DNA of 64,000 bases from Leptolyngbyaceae cyanobacterium. Lineage in GTDB: Bacteria > Cyanobacteriota > Cyanobacteriia > Phormidesmidales > Phormidesmidaceae. The notes below the pieces were generated by a model. That model searched no databases. It was not told where the DNA came from and was given only the letters and a program-made list of their open reading frames with translations. How positions within the stretch are numbered: the first letter of the stretch is position 1; every line of letters starts with the position of its first letter. Below are positions 29,382 through 39,072 of the stretch, piece after piece. The translations under genes and the position numbers were made by a program. Where the stretch lies: assembly GCA_965263355.1 (NCBI GenBank), contig CBDHHL010000032.1:2368001-2432000 (forward strand), written 5' to 3'.

Positions 29382-30245
29382 ATGGATTCATTGATAGATG
29401 TCTCAGCTAAGGATCGAAAAACCTATGAGCGCATGGCCAAAGCGATCTCATTTATTCGTCAGCATCACTTGGAGCAGCCTAGCTTAGCCACCATTGCCCA
29501 GCATGTAAATCTGAGTGAATATCACTTCCAGCGGTTGTTTACCCAATGGGCAGGCATTAGTCCCAAACGGTTTTCCCAGTATTTAACCCTGGATTACGCA
29601 AAATCCAAACTTGCTGAAGCCAATAATCTTTTAGAACTAACCATAGAGTCAGGTCTATCAAGTCCTGGGCGTCTTCATGACTTATTTGTGACATTAGAGG
29701 CGATGTCGCCCGGCGAATACAAGTCTGCAGGGGCTGGTTTAAAGATTCGATACGGTATCCACGATACTCCCTTTGGAGCCTGTCTAATCGCTATAACTGA
29801 CCGTGGTATCTGTAATCTACATTTTCTTAATGACATAAATAAACAGCTAGGCGAACAACAGTTACAAACAGAATGGCCTAATGCCACCATTATTTATAAG
29901 CAACAGGCAACGGAGGATATTTGTGACCAAATTTTCCATACCTCTGAACAATCACCGCTCACTCTCCATATCAAAGGAACAAACTTTCAAATTCAGGTAT
30001 GGCAGGCGTTGTTAAAAATTCCTTTGGGTGGATTGACCACCTATCAAGGGTTAGCAGAGTCCATTGGTAAACCTACCGCAGCCCGTGCTGTAGGAAATGC
30101 TGTAGGGCGTAACCCTGTAGGATATCTGATTCCCTGCCATCGAGTCATTCGTGGTTCGGGTGAGATTGGCGGCTATCGCTGGGGTTTGGAGCGTAAAACT
30201 GTTCTTTTAGGTTGGGAAGCTAGTCAGATCGAGGCACAATCATGA
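29382..30245 (+). CDS. AraC-HTH / methylated-DNA-protein-cysteine methyltransferase (Ada-like, no Zn-binding N-domain)
   Basis: HFQRLFTQWAGISPKRF; GTNFQIQVWQAL; LIPCHRVI active site. Confidence 0.92.
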   Translation: MDSLIDVSAKDRKTYERMAKAISFIRQHHLEQPSLATIAQHVNLSEYHFQRLFTQWAGISPKRFSQYLTLDYAKSKLAEANNLLELTIESGLSSPGRLHDLFVTLEAMSPGEYKSAGAGLKIRYGIHDTPFGACLIAITDRGICNLHFLNDINKQLGEQQLQTEWPNATIIYKQQATEDICDQIFHTSEQSPLTLHIKGTNFQIQVWQALLKIPLGGLTTYQGLAESIGKPTAARAVGNAVGRNPVGYLIPCHRVIRGSGEIGGYRWGLERKTVLLGWEASQIEAQS

Positions 30246-31141
30246 AACTGTCGGATATTTGTGAACTGTTACTGCTGGCAGCTCTATGGGGTGGCTCATT
30301 CTTGTTTATGCGAATTGCTGCTCCTATTCTCGGTCCCGTCTGGTTAATTGAGTTTCGTGTTTTATTAGCTGGCTTAGTTCTATTACCTGTGTTGGCTAAG
30401 TTAGGCCTGTTGGCAGAAATGCAACGTCAGTTCATCCCTTTGTTAATTGTGGGGTGTCTCAATTCAGCTATTCCATTTTTGTTATTGGCGTTTGCCTCAG
30501 TCTCTTTACCCGCAGGCTTTACGTCTATCTTAAATGGTACAGCCCCCCTCTTTGGCACAATTGTCGCTTTTATATGGCTACATGAGAGACTTACACCTGC
30601 ACGAATGTTGGGGTTTGTTCTAGGATTTATTGGCGTTGTCATCCTGGTCGGGTGGAAGGCGATTGACACAACACCTGGTTTTTTGATCGCCATAGTTGCT
30701 GCTTTGTCAGCTGCGTTAATGTATGCCATTGCGGCTCCCTACATTAAGAAAAACCTGGTTGGCGTTTCTTCATTAGTTGTCACCACAGGCAGCCAACTGG
30801 GGGCTGCTTTGGTCATTATTCCGGCACTTCCCTTTACTGTTCCCCAGCAAATACCATCTGTCGGTGTGGCCATATCTGTTCTGGCCTTAGCTGTTTTATC
30901 GACAGCCTTTGCCTATATCCTGTATTTTCGGCTGATTCAAAACGTGGGTTCCACTAAGGCGTTGACGGTGACCTATTTGATTCCGTTATTTGCCATGCTA
31001 TGGGGAGCGATTGTGCTACGAGAAGTGGTAACCCTATCTATGATATTTGGGTGTGGCCTGGTGTTGCTGGGCACTGCTATAGCCAATGATTTGTTCAGCC
31101 ATATCCGCCAAAAGTCTCCCAAGTCAATTGATCGTCAATAA
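30242..31141 (+). CDS. DMT/EamA family transporter
   Basis: ~10 TM segments, LWGGSFLF, STAFAYILYFRLI; ATGA overlap with the upstream gene. Confidence 0.92.
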   Translation: MKLSDICELLLLAALWGGSFLFMRIAAPILGPVWLIEFRVLLAGLVLLPVLAKLGLLAEMQRQFIPLLIVGCLNSAIPFLLLAFASVSLPAGFTSILNGTAPLFGTIVAFIWLHERLTPARMLGFVLGFIGVVILVGWKAIDTTPGFLIAIVAALSAALMYAIAAPYIKKNLVGVSSLVVTTGSQLGAALVIIPALPFTVPQQIPSVGVAISVLALAVLSTAFAYILYFRLIQNVGSTKALTVTYLIPLFAMLWGAIVLREVVTLSMIFGCGLVLLGTAIANDLFSHIRQKSPKSIDRQ

Positions 31142-31194
31142 TATATTGAAAGCCCTTAAACTTAAGGTTTACCGTTAGCAACGAGGACTCTCCA

Positions 31195-31716
31195 GTGCAG
31201 TTTGTTCCATGTACCTACGACGCCCATGCAGCCGCAATTTTAGAAATCTTCAACGAGGCCATTGTCAACTCAACTGCACTTTATGATTACAGGCCTCGTA
31301 CCTTAGACAGTATGGTCCAGTGGTTTGAGGCTAAACAGAATGGTGATTTTCCGGTAATTGGGGCAGTTGACGATAGTGATTTTTTGTTAGGTTTTGCTAG
31401 CTATGGGACATTTCGAGCCTGGCCTGCTTACAAATACTCAGTTGAACATTCTGTGTATGTTCATAAGGATTGTCGTGGGCAGGGAATTGGCTACGCCCTG
31501 ATGCAGCAGCTGATCTCAACGGCTGTTGAGCAGCAGTATCATGTCATGGTTGGTGGTATCGATATTGATAATTCGAGTAGTATTGCCCTTCATAAGAAAC
31601 TGGGGTTTGTACATGTAGGAACTATTCAACAGGCTGGATTTAAGTTTGATCGCTGGTTGGATCTTGCCTTTTATCAACTGTTACTCGAAACACCAACTCA
31701 CCCAGTTGATGGTTAA
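31195..31716 (+). CDS. GNAT acetyltransferase (phosphinothricin acetyltransferase/YncA-like)
   Basis: FRAWPAYKYSVEHSVYV, RGQGIG, GFKFDRWLD. Confidence 0.9.
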   Translation: MQFVPCTYDAHAAAILEIFNEAIVNSTALYDYRPRTLDSMVQWFEAKQNGDFPVIGAVDDSDFLLGFASYGTFRAWPAYKYSVEHSVYVHKDCRGQGIGYALMQQLISTAVEQQYHVMVGGIDIDNSSSIALHKKLGFVHVGTIQQAGFKFDRWLDLAFYQLLLETPTHPVDG

Positions 31717-31729
31717 CTTGATTAGAACT

Positions 31730-31767
31730 ACATATTCATACTATATGTCACATATTCATACGATATG
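31730..31767. repeat. Two-copy 18-nt direct repeat (20-nt period)
   Basis: ACATATTCATACtATATG / ACATATTCATACgATATG. Confidence 0.7.
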
Positions 31768-31912
31768 CCTAGAAATCAGCGGAATTTCAATCAAAATTCT
31801 TAATATAAGAATGTTATAGGAACTTTTTTGTAAAAATAAACGTTATTCGATTAGAGGTCTTGGTTTTCAACAAGGAGAATCGTGGGCTTGAGTTGTTTGT
31901 GCTAGAAAGTAG

Positions 31913-33757
31913 ATGATTGTTGAGGAGTTAACGTCAGTTCAGATCCCCTCTCATCCAGGTAAACGATTAGGGGTGGTTAGCCGTGTCAAACGATGGTTTT
32001 GGCTAACCTCTTTTGGCGGACGTCTGTTTTGGGTAATTATGTTGGGTACCTTGGCTGGCATGGGTAGCATGGCATTTCTGTTTAGTGAAATGCTGAGACG
32101 CCAGGCTGAGGATCAAGTGCGTAGTAGTATTGATAGTAAGGTTAATGCAATTGCATCTGTGACTGAATCAGCGGAAACCTTAGCTTATAGCCTGGGAGTC
32201 AGTGCCGTTACTTTAAATGAGCGAAAAGCTCAGTATGCTGACACGTATCGAGAATTAGTTTTACAACTTTTTGAGCAACGTCCAGAATTTGTAGTGGGTT
32301 TAGGATTAGGCCAGGCTAAAAATGGCATTATTGAAAATCAACCCTGGTTATTTCCCTATTATTCTGTAGTGAAATCTTCAGGAACAATAAATCCTGATGA
32401 AGACACTATTCGCTATGAAAATTTAGCTGATAATGTCGGTGAGTTTTATCCAGACAGTAAACGTTACCAGATATATTTTGCTCCTCAAAAGAATGTCTGG
32501 ACTGCACCTTACTCAAAGGACAATACGCGTCAGCTGACTTACTACTATCCTCTATTTAATAAAGATGGCCGCTGGATAGGAACTACCCTGGTAGATATTG
32601 ATACAACCTATTTAAGCAAGCTGCTAGATGATGACGTTTTCCAAAAAGCTGGAAATTTTTTATTGCTGACCCGCTCAGGGCTGCTGATTGCGGATCCGAC
32701 CAATCCCTTTACTAAAGTCGAAAACTATAAAAATATTGCAGGTATACCATCAATTCTCAAACAGCTTGACCAGAAAGAATCAGGCTTTTTTAGGGGAGAC
32801 ACTGGTTATTGGGCTTATGCCACAGTACCTGGAAAAGACTGGGTATTGTTGGGGTTTGTTCCCCATGGGGCTATTTTTGGGCGAATTGTCAAGACAACTG
32901 CGTTAATCACAGGCATTATCGGCCTCTTAATAGCGCTTGTGATTTATTTGGCGATTCGGAAACTAAACCAACGCATTAAACCTATCCTGCTTCAGGCAAA
33001 TCAGTTTGTTGATAATGATGAAACGCTGATGGCATCATTTACTCGTCACGATGAGCTGGAACAGTTATCGTTGTCATTTTTTAATATGCTCAATCAGCTT
33101 AACCAGCACCAGAAGACGATCTATGATCAAGCGGACATTATCGCCCAGAAAGATTTGCATGCCGATCAAGTAACCGAGAAATTTTTGACCTTCACAACGC
33201 AGGTTGTCGGAGATGCCGATAAACAGCAGGCACTAATTAAAAATATGCAACGACAACTGACTGATCAAGTTAATGATTATCAGTCAATCAATAGTCAATT
33301 AAATGCATTATTCACCCTAACTCAAATGTTAAGGAGGTTTCTGGAAAGCATTCCCACAGAAGCGGAAGCAGCCCGATTATTTGATTCCTTGGACCAGTGC
33401 ATGAGCCAGCTGACAGAAGTTTTGGAAAATTCTAGCCAAGCAAGTCAAGTGAAGGCTCAACCCTTAATGACTCGACTAATAACAGATATAGCTAATCTTA
33501 AGGTTTATTACCGACAGCAATATGTCTTGGAACAGCTACAACTTCAAACAAATAATATTAGTGAAGTTCGACAGGCCACGATCAATAAGTCTGAAGCAAT
33601 GGTGACCGCTGTTGCGGGTAATGACCAGATTTTGACGGAAATTGAGACCATTACCAAGACCCTGACTCGAGATGCTCAGCAGCTGTTGGATACGCTATGG
33701 GGAGATCTTCAACAGACAGATCTTCTTGAGTTAATCAGTCCTAAAATACCCCAGTAA
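31913..33757 (+). CDS. TM-dCache-TM-HAMP protein with degenerate MCP-like coiled-coil tail
   Basis: Two TMs, WTAPY/YYYPL Cache motifs, DELEQLSLSFFNML HAMP; no MCP hairpin or kinase motif. Confidence 0.7.
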   Translation: MIVEELTSVQIPSHPGKRLGVVSRVKRWFWLTSFGGRLFWVIMLGTLAGMGSMAFLFSEMLRRQAEDQVRSSIDSKVNAIASVTESAETLAYSLGVSAVTLNERKAQYADTYRELVLQLFEQRPEFVVGLGLGQAKNGIIENQPWLFPYYSVVKSSGTINPDEDTIRYENLADNVGEFYPDSKRYQIYFAPQKNVWTAPYSKDNTRQLTYYYPLFNKDGRWIGTTLVDIDTTYLSKLLDDDVFQKAGNFLLLTRSGLLIADPTNPFTKVENYKNIAGIPSILKQLDQKESGFFRGDTGYWAYATVPGKDWVLLGFVPHGAIFGRIVKTTALITGIIGLLIALVIYLAIRKLNQRIKPILLQANQFVDNDETLMASFTRHDELEQLSLSFFNMLNQLNQHQKTIYDQADIIAQKDLHADQVTEKFLTFTTQVVGDADKQQALIKNMQRQLTDQVNDYQSINSQLNALFTLTQMLRRFLESIPTEAEAARLFDSLDQCMSQLTEVLENSSQASQVKAQPLMTRLITDIANLKVYYRQQYVLEQLQLQTNNISEVRQATINKSEAMVTAVAGNDQILTEIETITKTLTRDAQQLLDTLWGDLQQTDLLELISPKIPQ

Positions 33758-33797
33758 GCTGCACTGAATAATATGCATGGGGTAATCATTAGCTATT

Positions 33798-34250
33798 TTA
33801 ACGATGGAGGTTATGGATAACCCAATAGCTGATGGATAGGGATATGATTGCGATCGCAAGTCCAATTAAATTTATCCCTGACACTTTTCCCAGGTCCAAA
33901 ATAATAATTTTTCGAGCCACAGCAATTAGCGAAGTTACAATTACTAATTCAACCTGAACCACATGTTTTTTCAGGTAAGCTGTAATGTTTTCAAGGATTT
34001 CGAGGGCGATTAAAACACTTAAAAATAAACCAAAAATATTTTGAAGTATGTCAACAAAAAAGCCTTTAGGACTCGGATTAAAGAGTGCTGTTGACAAAAA
34101 TAGAATAAGATCCACCATAATTACCACAATTACAATCAACATCGCTATTGAGAGTAATTTTGAGACCAAACTTTCAAACTGATCGATACCTGTTGCAAAC
34201 CCTTCATCACTTGAACGCCAGCGAATATAACGCTTAAATCGCTTCAACAT
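33798..34250 (-). CDS. Phosphate-starvation-inducible PsiE family membrane protein
   Basis: LIALEILENITAYL, VELVIVTSLIAVARKIIILD. Confidence 0.88.
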   Translation of the reverse strand: MLKRFKRYIRWRSSDEGFATGIDQFESLVSKLLSIAMLIVIVVIMVDLILFLSTALFNPSPKGFFVDILQNIFGLFLSVLIALEILENITAYLKKHVVQVELVIVTSLIAVARKIIILDLGKVSGINLIGLAIAIISLSISYWVIHNLHR

Positions 34251-35301
34251 TAATTTTTAGACTAAACTGCTTGAATAATTTAGTCTAAATCTCCGGTGAA
34301 ATATTTTTATGTCAGTTTACTCAGGCCAGAATTTTTTGAGGATGAAGAGCAATGTCAATCGAACCTTCATTTGTTAAAAAATTAAATTTAAACTTAAGGA
34401 ATACTAAGTTGTCTTTTTACTTAGAAACATCACAATCTGAGGAGAGGCAGCGTTTCTAAATCACGTCCAAGTTGAAACCTGGAGCTTCCTCTACGGCAAA
34501 ACTACAGTTCTGGAAGTGGTCAAGGTTTAAACAATAATGCTTTGAAGTAAAGGTTGATATTTTCTTCTCAAATAAAAACCTATATTAATTTACTTGTAAT
34601 TAACTTGAGTCTGTCTGAAGTAGAAATTATGATCAACAATAATTAAATTGATAACTAAGTAGATGATGGGCTTAAGTCTGTTTAGTGTAAATGCTTAAGA
34701 TTTAAAGCCTATATGCTTAGTTTTGTTTAGACGGGAGTTGTATTCTTTGTTCAAAGAATACTGTTGGCAGTTATGATCTTGTGGCTATTTTTTGCTTTTT
34801 TCTCAGGCCTTATCTTTATCGACTACCAGTTTAATGACTGGGAATCTGAATCTATAAAGCAAACTCCTATAGCTGTCCATAGGCCTGAGCAGCGACCTTA
34901 GTATACCAAACTATCTTTTTGCAAATACAAGTGTTTGCTCGACTGTAAAATATTGACTCTCCTCAGCTGTCACTTCAAGCTGAGGATAACAAGGATATTA
35001 AATAACACATTACTTTTAAATCAGTACCTATCGGAAGTATCAACGTCAAGCGGGACGATTTTCTCGATAATAATGTAGGGTTTGGAATACTCTTCGAGAA
35101 TATTAGGGGCGAACGCGAAAGACAAGGCTCTACAAAATGCACACCCTTCTCGAATTCCGACTTTCGAATTCCGCATTCTGACTTAGCCGAAATTTCCCGA
35201 AGTAAGTTGAGCCCCCCCATCGGTATTGAATGTTGACTTGTTTTGAGCGCTGGGTACTTTAATGTACAGGCCGCTGCAAGCAGCAAACATCCTAGGGTAA
35301 A

Positions 35302-37698
35302 ATGATAATATTGGGCAGAAACACATCGATAGGGCATGCAGTGTTCCTGACTGTCCTCCTGTTGAGGCTGTTTCAGCCTAAAGCTGCAAAAGCGCAAGTC
35401 ATCACCCCAGCTAACGATGACACGGGTACAACCGTTACTCAAAATGGAGAATTCTTTGATATCAGTGCGGGCAGTTTATCGACAGATGGCCATAATCTTT
35501 TTCATCATTTTCGCACATTTCAGCTTACCAGCGGCCACACTGCTAACTTTTTAGTCGACCCATCAATTCAGAGAATTTTTGCTCGTATCGGTGGAAATAA
35601 CAATGCGTTTATTGACGGTAAATTACAAATTTTAGGTGGTCAGGCTGACCTCTTTTTACTAAACCCTGCCGGAATTATCTTTGGCCCTAATGCCATTTTA
35701 AACCTGCCTGCTGATCTCACAGTCACAACTGCAAGTCATATTGAATTTAAAGATGGTAGCTTTAATGCGTTTGGCACCAATAGCTATGGCACATTAATAG
35801 GCAGTCCTACTGCATTTGCATTTGGCCAATTAGGTACCATCCACAACGAAGGAGACTTAACACTACTCCCTGGTCACTCCCTGACACTATTGGGAGGCTC
35901 AGTTATTAATACTGGAAACCTGACAGCGGAAACTATCCAAATTAAAGAAGTTTCCGAAGGAGAGATTATCCAAGTGAGTCAAACGGGTTCTTTACTGAAT
36001 CTAGAATTTTCTGGAGACGTGTTTCAAGGAGACTCCACTGACGGTGACTTGACAACACTGCCTGCCCTTCTAACTAATAATCATGATGTCGAGCATGCAA
36101 ATCAAATTTTCACGGCTCCTGATGGTCAGCTATTCTTAACTGAGTCATCTTCGCCTACAGGCGTGACAAAAGACAGTGCGGCAGGAAATACAACAGCCCC
36201 AGATTCTCAATTCTCCTACCAAAACCAAGAATCTGGTTTGCTGTCTTCTGAACAAGATATACTCTCAAATAATAATTCTATAGAAGACGAAGCCTCGTCC
36301 TCTGAGAGAGAGATATTTTCAAGTAATCGCGCTATAAAAGCCGAAGCCCTGTCCTCTGAGACAGATACTGAAGTCGAATCAGACGAAACTCATCGTCCAC
36401 CACCGCCTGGGATTGCCCAACATCATTTCCATCGCACTGTTTTAAATACGGTCAATGCCAGTGCTGCACTAGAAGACGCTGAAGAGCAGCGTAACCTAGA
36501 CTTTTCTACTTATTTTGGCCGTAACCTGCAGGCAAAAGAATTAACCTTACCGGAAATTCAACAATTACTGACTCAAGTCGAGTCGGCAACTGGTAATCAA
36601 TCAATTATTGTTTACACTAAAGCCCCAAAACCATCGACAGACATAACCCAACAAGCTTCCACAAAGCTTGAACTCCTAATCTTCAAATCCAGCGGTGAAC
36701 CAATCAATTTAGAAATTTCTAATGTTAGTCAAGACGATCTTTTCCAAACCGTTGAACAATTTCGTCGGGCGTTAATTTCCTCATCAAGAGTAGGCTCTAA
36801 ACGCTATTTGCCGTCTGCCCAACGGTTGTATCAATGGCTGATTAGCCCCATTGAGGATGAGCTAGGCTCAGACCAAATCAATACCATTCTGTTTTCCATG
36901 GATTCAGGTCTACGTAGTCTGCCGATAGCTGCTCTACATGATGGTCAACAGTTTCTGATCGAAAAATACAGTGTTGGCATGGTGCCTTCCCTGGGGCTAA
37001 TGCAACCTAACTATCACCCCCTCGACAAAGCCCAAGTTTTAGCCATGGGAGCCAGTTCATTTACAGACTTACAACCCTTACCTGCAGTACCTACTGAGCT
37101 GGAGCATATTGGAAAACTATGGCCAAGTAGAGGTTTTCTCAACGAAATGTTTACACGAGAGAATCTTATCAATCAACAGAAGCGCGCACCTGCCCAAATT
37201 ATCCATCTTGCTACCCATGCTGAATTTAATCGAGGTAATGCGGACCAATCGTTTATTCAACTCTGGGATGAACAGCTTCATTTAAGCGATATTCACACCC
37301 TTGGTTGGGATCAACCGACTGTAGATCTATTAGTTCTCTCTGCCTGTCGCACGGCTTTGGGCAATACCAATGCCGAAATGGGATTTGCTGGCTTAGCCGT
37401 GGCAGCAGGGGTAAAATCAGCCCTGGCCAGTCTTTGGGCTGTCAGTGATGTGGGCACCCTGGCCTTAATGACCGAATTTTATCACCAACTGCAGCAGAAC
37501 CAAGTAAAGTCGGAAGCATTGCGAGCTACTCAGTTAGCTATGCTCAATGCTGAAATCCGGATTGAATCAGGTCAATTACTTGGCAACGTCACTCGCAGTG
37601 CAGTAACACTCCCCTTTGAACTGAGTCAGTTAGAAAATGTTAACTTTTCTCATCCTTACTATTGGGCTGGTTTCACCATGATTGGTAACCCTTGGTAA
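35302..37698 (+). CDS. Second TPS-domain + CHAT protein (shorter paralog)
   Basis: NLFHHF, NPAGIIFGPNA; CHAT IIHLATHA, LVLSAC, HPYYWAGF. Confidence 0.92.
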   Translation: MIILGRNTSIGHAVFLTVLLLRLFQPKAAKAQVITPANDDTGTTVTQNGEFFDISAGSLSTDGHNLFHHFRTFQLTSGHTANFLVDPSIQRIFARIGGNNNAFIDGKLQILGGQADLFLLNPAGIIFGPNAILNLPADLTVTTASHIEFKDGSFNAFGTNSYGTLIGSPTAFAFGQLGTIHNEGDLTLLPGHSLTLLGGSVINTGNLTAETIQIKEVSEGEIIQVSQTGSLLNLEFSGDVFQGDSTDGDLTTLPALLTNNHDVEHANQIFTAPDGQLFLTESSSPTGVTKDSAAGNTTAPDSQFSYQNQESGLLSSEQDILSNNNSIEDEASSSEREIFSSNRAIKAEALSSETDTEVESDETHRPPPPGIAQHHFHRTVLNTVNASAALEDAEEQRNLDFSTYFGRNLQAKELTLPEIQQLLTQVESATGNQSIIVYTKAPKPSTDITQQASTKLELLIFKSSGEPINLEISNVSQDDLFQTVEQFRRALISSSRVGSKRYLPSAQRLYQWLISPIEDELGSDQINTILFSMDSGLRSLPIAALHDGQQFLIEKYSVGMVPSLGLMQPNYHPLDKAQVLAMGASSFTDLQPLPAVPTELEHIGKLWPSRGFLNEMFTRENLINQQKRAPAQIIHLATHAEFNRGNADQSFIQLWDEQLHLSDIHTLGWDQPTVDLLVLSACRTALGNTNAEMGFAGLAVAAGVKSALASLWAVSDVGTLALMTEFYHQLQQNQVKSEALRATQLAMLNAEIRIESGQLLGNVTRSAVTLPFELSQLENVNFSHPYYWAGFTMIGNPW

Positions 37699-37703
37699 CC
37701 TCA

Positions 37704-38912
37704 CTAATCACACCTACGTTCGCTACCGTCTGGCATAATTGCACCACAAAGATTAGTGCGAATATCAAAATTAATGCCTTCTAGGGTTGCTTGTTGAAGA
37801 TTAGCACCAGCCAGATTAGCGCCAGAGAAATCCGTAAAACTCAGATCGGCTCCTTGAAAATTAACACCGCTCAGGTTGCTGTTAACAAATTTGACCTGGC
37901 GCAAATTACTACCACTCAGGTCAGTGCCCCTTAAATCCAAATTACTCAGGTCTGACCCCGCTAAATCAGAGTTGATCAGTCGGATGCCAGCTGGCATCAC
38001 ATCTCGCAATTGGGAGGCTGCAAATTGAGTGTCTGTAAAATCAGCACCTTGAAGATTGGCCCTAGTAAGATCAATGCCATCGAGGGTAGCTGCGCGAAAA
38101 TCAGCTACGAGAAGATTGGCCTTGCGCAATCGAGCATCGGTTAAATCTGCCTGGGTTAAAAAAGCGCCTGTCAGGTCGGCTCGGGTTAAATCGACTCCAA
38201 TGAGAATAGCACTGTCAAGGTAGGTCAGTGCCAGATCAGCCTGGTTTAAATTGGCTCCAGAAAAATTAGCTAGACGAGCATCAGCAGCTCGCAAACTACC
38301 GTGCTGAAATTGGCTTTCTGATAGATTAGCTCCTTGCAAATTGGCAATAAAAAAGCTGGTTTCGTCTAGGTGAGCGTGATTAAAAATACTGTCGCTCAAA
38401 AATGTTCCTTCAAAGCTGGAACCAGTCAGAATTGCTCCGGTCAAATCAGCGCCACGGAGATCGGCTCCATCTAAGTTAGCCCCTCGTAAATCTATGCCAC
38501 GCAGATCGTGCTCACCTAAACCATGGGTCACTAGGTCCCAAACCAGCCGCCAACGGTCATCAATAATTGTCCGTTGGTCTAAATTAGCATTGGCCAATTG
38601 CGCCCCTTCTAGCTGTGCTCCAAACAGGTTGGCATTGCTGAGATTGGCATTGCGCAGGTCGGCTCCACTCAGATTAGCCTGAAAAAGAAAGGCTCCCTGT
38701 AAATCAACACCGTTGAGATCCGCGCCTGCTAAGTTAGCTCTTCGCAGATTGGCCTGTTGTAGAAATAGACCGCGTAAGTCGGCAGCTCGCAGATCACAGC
38801 GAGGACATTGGCGAGTTTCTTGAAGTTGTTTGAGATCCTTTTGGCTAAAGGCATAACCGGGTAAACCGGTAAGTGATAGAAATACTGCCAGACCGATTAT
38901 TAAAGGTTTCAT
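37704..38912 (-). CDS. Exported pentapeptide-repeat protein
   Basis: Signal peptide, CPRCDL start, A(N/D)LxG repeats, LCGAIMPDG end. Confidence 0.92.
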   Translation of the reverse strand: MKPLIIGLAVFLSLTGLPGYAFSQKDLKQLQETRQCPRCDLRAADLRGLFLQQANLRRANLAGADLNGVDLQGAFLFQANLSGADLRNANLSNANLFGAQLEGAQLANANLDQRTIIDDRWRLVWDLVTHGLGEHDLRGIDLRGANLDGADLRGADLTGAILTGSSFEGTFLSDSIFNHAHLDETSFFIANLQGANLSESQFQHGSLRAADARLANFSGANLNQADLALTYLDSAILIGVDLTRADLTGAFLTQADLTDARLRKANLLVADFRAATLDGIDLTRANLQGADFTDTQFAASQLRDVMPAGIRLINSDLAGSDLSNLDLRGTDLSGSNLRQVKFVNSNLSGVNFQGADLSFTDFSGANLAGANLQQATLEGINFDIRTNLCGAIMPDGSERRCD

Positions 38913-38980
38913 AACAAAAAAATTCTATCTACCCTAAGTTGCCCAATTCCTTGCCAAGATCCCGGGATTCTTCTTAAATC

Positions 38981-39018
38981 CCCGAGTACCAAATTTTGGA
39001 CAAAATTTGGTACTCGGG
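38981..39018. repeat. Perfect 18-bp inverted repeat with 2-nt spacer
   Basis: CCCGAGTACCAAATTTTG-ga-CAAAATTTGGTACTCGGG between divergent genes. Confidence 0.9.
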
Positions 39019-39072
39019 CTTCTCCTGAGAATCTGGGAATTGAGTAGGGCACTCTAGCTGCACAGACAAAAA

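Noticed and set aside
34975..35442. 155-aa minus-strand ORF
   Set aside because: Overlaps the CHAT gene start and a repeat element; no family motif
5600..37698. Diversity-generating retroelement TR/VR pair suggested by the similar CHAT regions
   Set aside because: Differences are not adenine-restricted, both copies are coding paralogs, and no reverse transcriptase is in the window
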